This document shows, one piece after another, positions 58,633 to 64,000 of a stretch of DNA of 64,000 nucleotides (the first letter of the stretch is position 1; every line of letters starts with the position of its first letter). The stretch is taken from assembly GCA_000146045.2 (NCBI GenBank), contig BK006941.2, positions 864,001 to 928,000 on the forward strand, given 5' to 3'. Both the position numbers and the translations under genes were made by a program. The notes beneath the pieces are model-generated. The model saw nothing but the letters and a program-made list of their open reading frames with translations, had not been told where the DNA came from and searched no databases. This DNA is from TPA_inf: Saccharomyces. Its lineage: Eukaryota.

Positions 58633-60462
58633 TTATGCCTGAATAGTCAGCCTTTTGTATAAATCCTTTACACTCAATGGCTTACTAGGCAGTGAAGAAT
58701 AAAGAACATAGTACAGCTTATTTCTATTGACCATTATAGACTCCCCTCGGACAATCTTTCGTACAGTAGCAAACGAGAAATAATTTGTCCTCATTTGCGA
58801 CAACAATAGATTGTATGGTCTGAACATACTCTTGAATTTAATAGGATTGTTTTGAAGTTCTAAGGTTGTATGCTTGTTAGAAACCGTGGTTTTGAGCTCA
58901 ATTGAAATGCCACCGGGTAGACGTTTAGGATCTTTTAACCTAAGTAATAATGCGAACAATGGAAAATGGTTAATGAGTGCAATGACAGCTTCCGAGAATA
59001 TTTCGATAGTTATTGTTAGCATTCTCAAAACTGTGTATGACATATAGAATGCCATCACTGTGGGAGTCAAGAACACTAGAATAATAAATAATAATGTTCC
59101 CAATAGCAATTGATCTAGTTGAAAATAGTTATGGTCAATCCTATTTCGTAAAACGTTCCTCTTTTTACCGCAGAACAGGTTAAAAAGACTAGCCATAATA
59201 TTCAACTGACAATGGTACAGTTTACTGCTGATACGATAAAAAACATATATTGGAAAACTTAAAATTGCAAAAAAATCAATCGCTAGGGAAACAGCAAAAG
59301 AAAAGCCAACGAGAAACATCATATATATCGTTAACGTGAGCAAAGATGATAGGGTTTTCGGATCAATGAGTCTTTTTATGAATGTGGTATAAGAAAATTC
59401 TATCACCCAAAGAAATAATTCGCTCAAAAAGTTCGCAAGTTCTGCATTTAATTTGATGCCAAGGGGGTTATTTGCTAACGTTTCAGTTATTGTTTTTAAT
59501 GAATCATATAAAAAAAACTTCAATACTCTATGGGATGCCGACACCAAGAAATCTCGATTCTCAATAAGTATGGCCCCCAATATTAAACCAAATGAAATGT
59601 CATTAATAATAAGCCAAATTGTATTATACAATAAAATATAATCGGGATAGAATTTAGAAGGCATATATGAATGTGAGAATTGACTATTAGAATTATCTTT
59701 TTCCACCATAGAGCCAACATTCTGTATGTTATCCTTCTTATTAATACGCTCATACTGTACTGGGAAATAGCAAATTTGTTGACAACGAAGATCGATTTGC
59801 TGGACAAATGCCGAGTAATTTACCAACTGAAAGTGCGAATAATTTAATAACGAGGATACGAGACTAGCAATAGAGCAGATCACAAAAGTCAAATAAAAAC
59901 CAATTTTTGCGACCATTTTATAAATACAAGTAGATGAACACCAAGCTGCGACACTATTAAGCATAGTACCCCTCAAATTTTCCTGTGATGTTTGAATAAA
60001 CGGGTAAAGCTCATTTAATGCTTTACAATATGCGGGGAATAGATTAATGATGTTCAAAGTTTCACTCAATTTCTTATTATCTCTCTTGTATCTTGGATGT
60101 TGCTCTAATTTAGAATAGTTCAGAGTTTCACCCACACTACTATGAAGACCAACTTCTTTTTCTGGTATGATGAGCGAGATGGGATCAGAAGAATAGAATT
60201 GCATAAATTTCAGCTTGGGTATTCTAAAATGGACATTACAGGGATCAGCAACTTTGTAGTTCCAACCCTCCGCTCCATTGTTCTTAGTAGCTACCACTGA
60301 ATAAGGGGGCCGTATGCTTACTTCTTCTAAATACTGAGGTTCGCAAACACCTAAGACAACAAAATGCGTCTTCTCAAATGAAATTGCCAAAGCTACCTGA
60401 GGTCCTTGAGCTGCGGAATTCTCGAACAAGGATTCGTATGGCCAGAAAATGTAATTTGGCAT
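58633..60462 (-). CDS. GPI1: Gpi1, multi-pass membrane subunit of the GPI-GlcNAc transferase complex
   Basis: 609-aa ORF; multiple TM helices; recognised sequence. Confidence 0.88.
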   Translation of the reverse strand: MPNYIFWPYESLFENSAAQGPQVALAISFEKTHFVVLGVCEPQYLEEVSIRPPYSVVATKNNGAEGWNYKVADPCNVHFRIPKLKFMQFYSSDPISLIIPEKEVGLHSSVGETLNYSKLEQHPRYKRDNKKLSETLNIINLFPAYCKALNELYPFIQTSQENLRGTMLNSVAAWCSSTCIYKMVAKIGFYLTFVICSIASLVSSLLNYSHFQLVNYSAFVQQIDLRCQQICYFPVQYERINKKDNIQNVGSMVEKDNSNSQFSHSYMPSKFYPDYILLYNTIWLIINDISFGLILGAILIENRDFLVSASHRVLKFFLYDSLKTITETLANNPLGIKLNAELANFLSELFLWVIEFSYTTFIKRLIDPKTLSSLLTLTIYMMFLVGFSFAVSLAIDFFAILSFPIYVFYRISSKLYHCQLNIMASLFNLFCGKKRNVLRNRIDHNYFQLDQLLLGTLLFIILVFLTPTVMAFYMSYTVLRMLTITIEIFSEAVIALINHFPLFALLLRLKDPKRLPGGISIELKTTVSNKHTTLELQNNPIKFKSMFRPYNLLLSQMRTNYFSFATVRKIVRGESIMVNRNKLYYVLYSSLPSKPLSVKDLYKRLTIQA

Positions 60463-60695
60463 GTCATTTAACTGTATAAAACCGCCCCTGAATTCGAAGG
60501 TTCCTGTTCACAGAGGAATTTTCATTCTTTTTGGTATTATGTTCTGGTAGGTTTTTTTCATATTCTACATTTCGGCATTCTCACTGAAAATAAATATAGA
60601 TGAGATAGAAGATCATGAATCAATGGTTGGTGACAAGCTAACATAAGGAAAATCAAAATACACGGCATTACTAAATAGAATATATTGTTAGTACT

Positions 60696-63600
60696 ATGCA
60701 GGGGAGAAAAAGGACGCTTACGGAACCATTTGAGCCAAATACCAATCCATTTGGGGACAATGCAGCAGTAATGACGGAAAATGTTGAGGATAACAGCGAA
60801 ACAGATGGTAACCGTCTAGAATCAAAACCACAAGCTTTGGTCCCACCAGCTTTAAATATCGTGCCACCAGAGAGCAGCATCCACAGTACTGAAGAAAAAA
60901 AAGGTGACGAGTACAATGGAAATGATAAAGATAGCTCCTTAATCTCCAACATATTTCGTACTCGTGTCGGAAGGAGTAGTCATGAAAACTTGAGCAGGCC
61001 TAAACTCTCACTTAAAACAGCATCATTTGGTGCCGCTGAATCTTCCCGGCGTAATGTTTCACCCTCTACAAAATCTGCCAAGTCTAGTTCGCAGTATATT
61101 GATTTAAATGATGAAAGGCTACGCAGGCGTAGCTTCAGTAGTTATAGCCGATCATCTAGTAGGCGTGTTTCTAATTCACCAAGCTCAACGGATAGGCCTC
61201 CACGGTCGGCAAAGGTTTTATCGCTAATTGCCGCTGATGATATGGATGATTTTGAAGATTTGCAAAAGGGATTTAAAAGTGCAATAGACGAAGAGGGCCT
61301 GACATGGCTACCCCAATTAAAATCAGAAAAAAGCCGTCCTGTATCAGACGTTGGAGAAGATAGAGGAGAAGGAGAACAAGAATCTATACCTGACGTTCAT
61401 ACACCCAATGTAGGAGCAAGCGCTACTCCAGGATCAATTCATCTAACACCCGAACCCGCGCAGAATGGTTCGGTATCTGAGGGTCTAGAAGGCTCTATTA
61501 ATAATTCAAGAAAGAAACCCAGTCCAAAGTTTTTTCATCATTTATCACCGCAAAAAGAAGATAAAGACCAAACAGAAGTTATTGAGTATGCTGAAGACAT
61601 TCTAGATTTTGAAACCCTTCAAAGAAAACTGGAATCAAGGCCCTTTGTGCTTTATGGACATTCTCTTGGGGTTTTCTCGCCTACGAATCCGCTAAGAATA
61701 AAAATTGCTCGTTTTTTGTTGCATAGGCGGTATTCGTTACTTTACAACACTTTGTTAACATTTTATGCCATTCTCCTGGCGATAAGGACATATAACCCTC
61801 ACAATGTGGTTTTTTTATACCGTTTCTCTAACTGGACCGACTATTTCATTTTTATTTTATCAGCTTGCTTTACAGGCAATGATATTGCTAAAATAATTGC
61901 GTTTGGATTTTGGGACGATTCTGAAATGTTTAAAGCCTATGGACGTGAGTATAAATCAATCTTACAGAGATCTGGAATTATGAAACTATACATATATCTG
62001 AGAGAAAAGTATGGTAGAAAGCTAATAGATTTCATTATTCCATTTAGGATCATATCGCCGGGAGAAGAGACAAAATATCAACGAAGTTCGTTGAGTACTT
62101 CCCTGACGAAACCTTATGGGGCAAAGGAAAATCAGAGGCCTTTTGGCACCCCAAGAGCCTTTGCGAGATCATCGTGGAATAGAATAGATCTGGTATCTTC
62201 TGTCAGTTTTTGGCTAGGTATGTTTTTATCCATAAAAAGTTATGATACAAAAACAGGCATAAGAATATTCAAGCCCCTTGCTATATTAAGGATTCTTCGA
62301 CTTGTAAACGTGGATACTGGTATGCCCTCAATTCTAAGGGGATTGAAATATGGTATCCCACAGTTGGTAAATGTTAGTTCAATGCTAGTTTACTTTTGGA
62401 TTTTCTTTGGGATTTTGGGAGTACAGATTTTTCAGGGCTCTTTTCGAAGACAATGTGTATGGTTTAACCCTGAAGATCCTACCGATACTTACCAGTACGA
62501 TATGCAATTCTGTGGTGGTTACCTAGATCCAGTAACAAAACGAAAACAAAATTATATCTATGAAGACGGATCAGAAGGTTCTGTTTCAAAAGGCTTTCTT
62601 TGCCCACAATATTCGAAATGTGTTTCCAATGCCAACCCCTACAACGGCAGAATTAGTTTTGATAATATTGTTAATTCCATGGAGCTCGTTTTTGTCATTA
62701 TGAGTGCGAATACTTTTACTGACTTAATGTACTATACGATGGATTCGGATGAAATGGCTGCCTGTTTGTTTTTTATTGTTTGCATCTTTGTTTTAACTAT
62801 CTGGCTGCTAAATCTACTCATTGCAGTGTTGGTATCATCTTTTGAAATAGCCAATGAGGAGTACAAAAAGAAAAAGTTCATATATGGTTCTAGAAAGACA
62901 GGTTATGTTGCTCGCATAGTAACAGGCTACTGGAAATATTTTAAGCTTAAGGCGAATCAGACAAAATTCCCAAATTGGTCCCAAAAAGGACTAGCTATTT
63001 ATTCCCACGTTGAGTTTATCTTTGTCATACTTATTATTTGCGATATAGGTATGCGCGCCTCTGTTAAAGTATCGACTTCGGCAAACTGTAACAATATCCT
63101 TCTAAAAACTGACAGGGGAATTTCGATTGTTCTCTTCATCGAATCACTGGCAAGGTTAGTATTATATCTGCCCAATATGTGGAAGTTTTTAACAAAACCT
63201 AGTTACGTTTACGATTTTATTATATCAATTATTACTCTGGTTATTAGTTGCCTGGCTGTTGAAGGGGTTCTAGGACATATGTATGCCTGGCTATCCATAT
63301 TCCACATATCCAGATTTTACAGGGTGATTATTTCTTTCAATTTAACAAAAAAACTATGGAAACAAATATTGAGTAATGGTGTTATGATTTGGAACTTATC
63401 GTCTTTTTACTTTTTTTTCACCTTTTTGGTTGCTATAATCATGGCTGTGTATTTCGAAGGCGTGATTCCTCCAGAAGAAATGGCAGACCAGCCATTTGGA
63501 ATGTATTCACTACCGAATTCATTTCTTTCTTTGTTTATAATAGGTTCAACTGAAAATTGGACGGATATCCTATATGCCCTCCAAAAACACTCACCAAACA

Positions 63601-64000
63601 TCTCCTCAACTTTTTTTTGCTCAGTATTTTTTATTATATGGTTTCTACTATCCAACTCAGTGATCTTGAACATTTTCATTGCCCTAATATCAGAAAGCAT
63701 GGAAGTGAAAGAAGAAGAAAAACGACCACAGCAAATTAAGCATTATCTTAAGTTCGTCTATCCTCAGAAAATACAAGAATATACACACGCTAGTTTGGTT
63801 GCGAGAATTCGTAAAAAATTCTTTGGAGGTCATAGGAACGAAGATACAAGAGATTTTAAGCAATTTCTTATGAGAGGAACCGCGATAATGAACATAGCGC
63901 AGAATATGGGGGAGTTGGCCGATGAATTCAAAGAGCCACCTTCAGAAAACCTATTTAAAAAGGGCTTATCAAAGCTCACAATTGGGGTTCCGTCACTAAA
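60696..64000 (+). CDS. CCH1: Cch1 voltage-gated Ca2+ channel alpha1-like subunit, N-terminal ~1100 codons; partial, continues beyond window end
   Basis: ATG at 60696 (MQGRKRTLTEPFEPN...), frame open to window edge (hence absent from ORF track); Ser-rich cytosolic N-terminus followed by repeat I-II TM segments with S4-like RxxR/K spacing (ILRILRLVN); recognised sequence. Confidence 0.88.
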   Translation, partial: MQGRKRTLTEPFEPNTNPFGDNAAVMTENVEDNSETDGNRLESKPQALVPPALNIVPPESSIHSTEEKKGDEYNGNDKDSSLISNIFRTRVGRSSHENLSRPKLSLKTASFGAAESSRRNVSPSTKSAKSSSQYIDLNDERLRRRSFSSYSRSSSRRVSNSPSSTDRPPRSAKVLSLIAADDMDDFEDLQKGFKSAIDEEGLTWLPQLKSEKSRPVSDVGEDRGEGEQESIPDVHTPNVGASATPGSIHLTPEPAQNGSVSEGLEGSINNSRKKPSPKFFHHLSPQKEDKDQTEVIEYAEDILDFETLQRKLESRPFVLYGHSLGVFSPTNPLRIKIARFLLHRRYSLLYNTLLTFYAILLAIRTYNPHNVVFLYRFSNWTDYFIFILSACFTGNDIAKIIAFGFWDDSEMFKAYGREYKSILQRSGIMKLYIYLREKYGRKLIDFIIPFRIISPGEETKYQRSSLSTSLTKPYGAKENQRPFGTPRAFARSSWNRIDLVSSVSFWLGMFLSIKSYDTKTGIRIFKPLAILRILRLVNVDTGMPSILRGLKYGIPQLVNVSSMLVYFWIFFGILGVQIFQGSFRRQCVWFNPEDPTDTYQYDMQFCGGYLDPVTKRKQNYIYEDGSEGSVSKGFLCPQYSKCVSNANPYNGRISFDNIVNSMELVFVIMSANTFTDLMYYTMDSDEMAACLFFIVCIFVLTIWLLNLLIAVLVSSFEIANEEYKKKKFIYGSRKTGYVARIVTGYWKYFKLKANQTKFPNWSQKGLAIYSHVEFIFVILIICDIGMRASVKVSTSANCNNILLKTDRGISIVLFIESLARLVLYLPNMWKFLTKPSYVYDFIISIITLVISCLAVEGVLGHMYAWLSIFHISRFYRVIISFNLTKKLWKQILSNGVMIWNLSSFYFFFTFLVAIIMAVYFEGVIPPEEMADQPFGMYSLPNSFLSLFIIGSTENWTDILYALQKHSPNISSTFFCSVFFIIWFLLSNSVILNIFIALISESMEVKEEEKRPQQIKHYLKFVYPQKIQEYTHASLVARIRKKFFGGHRNEDTRDFKQFLMRGTAIMNIAQNMGELADEFKEPPSENLFKKGLSKLTIGVPSL

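Overview
No novel or undescribed system is present; this window is a well-characterised, colinear stretch of the Saccharomyces cerevisiae chromosome VII right arm, covering YGR184C (UBR1, N-terminal part) through YGR217W (CCH1, N-terminal part). I recognised it from the protein sequences, and the TDH3 upstream region matches the commonly used GPD promoter.

Eukaryotic nuclear origin is supported directly by the sequence. RPS0A carries a spliceosomal intron (GTATGT ... TACTAAC ... CAG). One tRNA gene has an intron. Ty delta LTRs lie upstream of both tRNA genes. Genes are monocistronic on both strands with AT-rich intergenic spacers.

I can place about 33 protein-coding genes in the known order (UBR1, TYS1, TFG1, HGH1, BUB1, CRH1, HIP1, TDH3, PDX1, XKS1, SKI6, FYV8, SNG1, YPP1, PMT6, ELP2, YGR201C, PCT1, YCH1, ADE3, TDA10, MVB12, CIR1, SER2, TRX2, YGR210C, ZPR1, SLI1, RTA1, RPS0A, RSM27, GPI1, CCH1). 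There is a tRNA-Lys(CUU) with a solo Ty1/Ty2-type delta 141 bp upstream. There is an intron-containing tRNA-Trp(CCA) with degenerate LTR debris upstream. There are no CRISPR arrays, no prokaryotic defence islands, and no long stretch of unexplained coding potential.

Items worth a second look, none of them novel:
- A GC-rich, palindrome-dense block between RTA1 and RPS0A (56160-56470).
- A perfect three-unit heat-shock element inside an 11-bp inverted repeat, between YGR210C and ZPR1.
- The two Yap1 sites (TTAGTAA, TTTACTAAG) in the TRX2 promoter.
- Gcn4-type TGACTC sites in the HIP1, ADE3 and CIR1/SER2 promoters.
- Ser/Thr-rich and acidic tandem repeats in CRH1 and FYV8.
- Several track ORFs that extend upstream of the real start codons.
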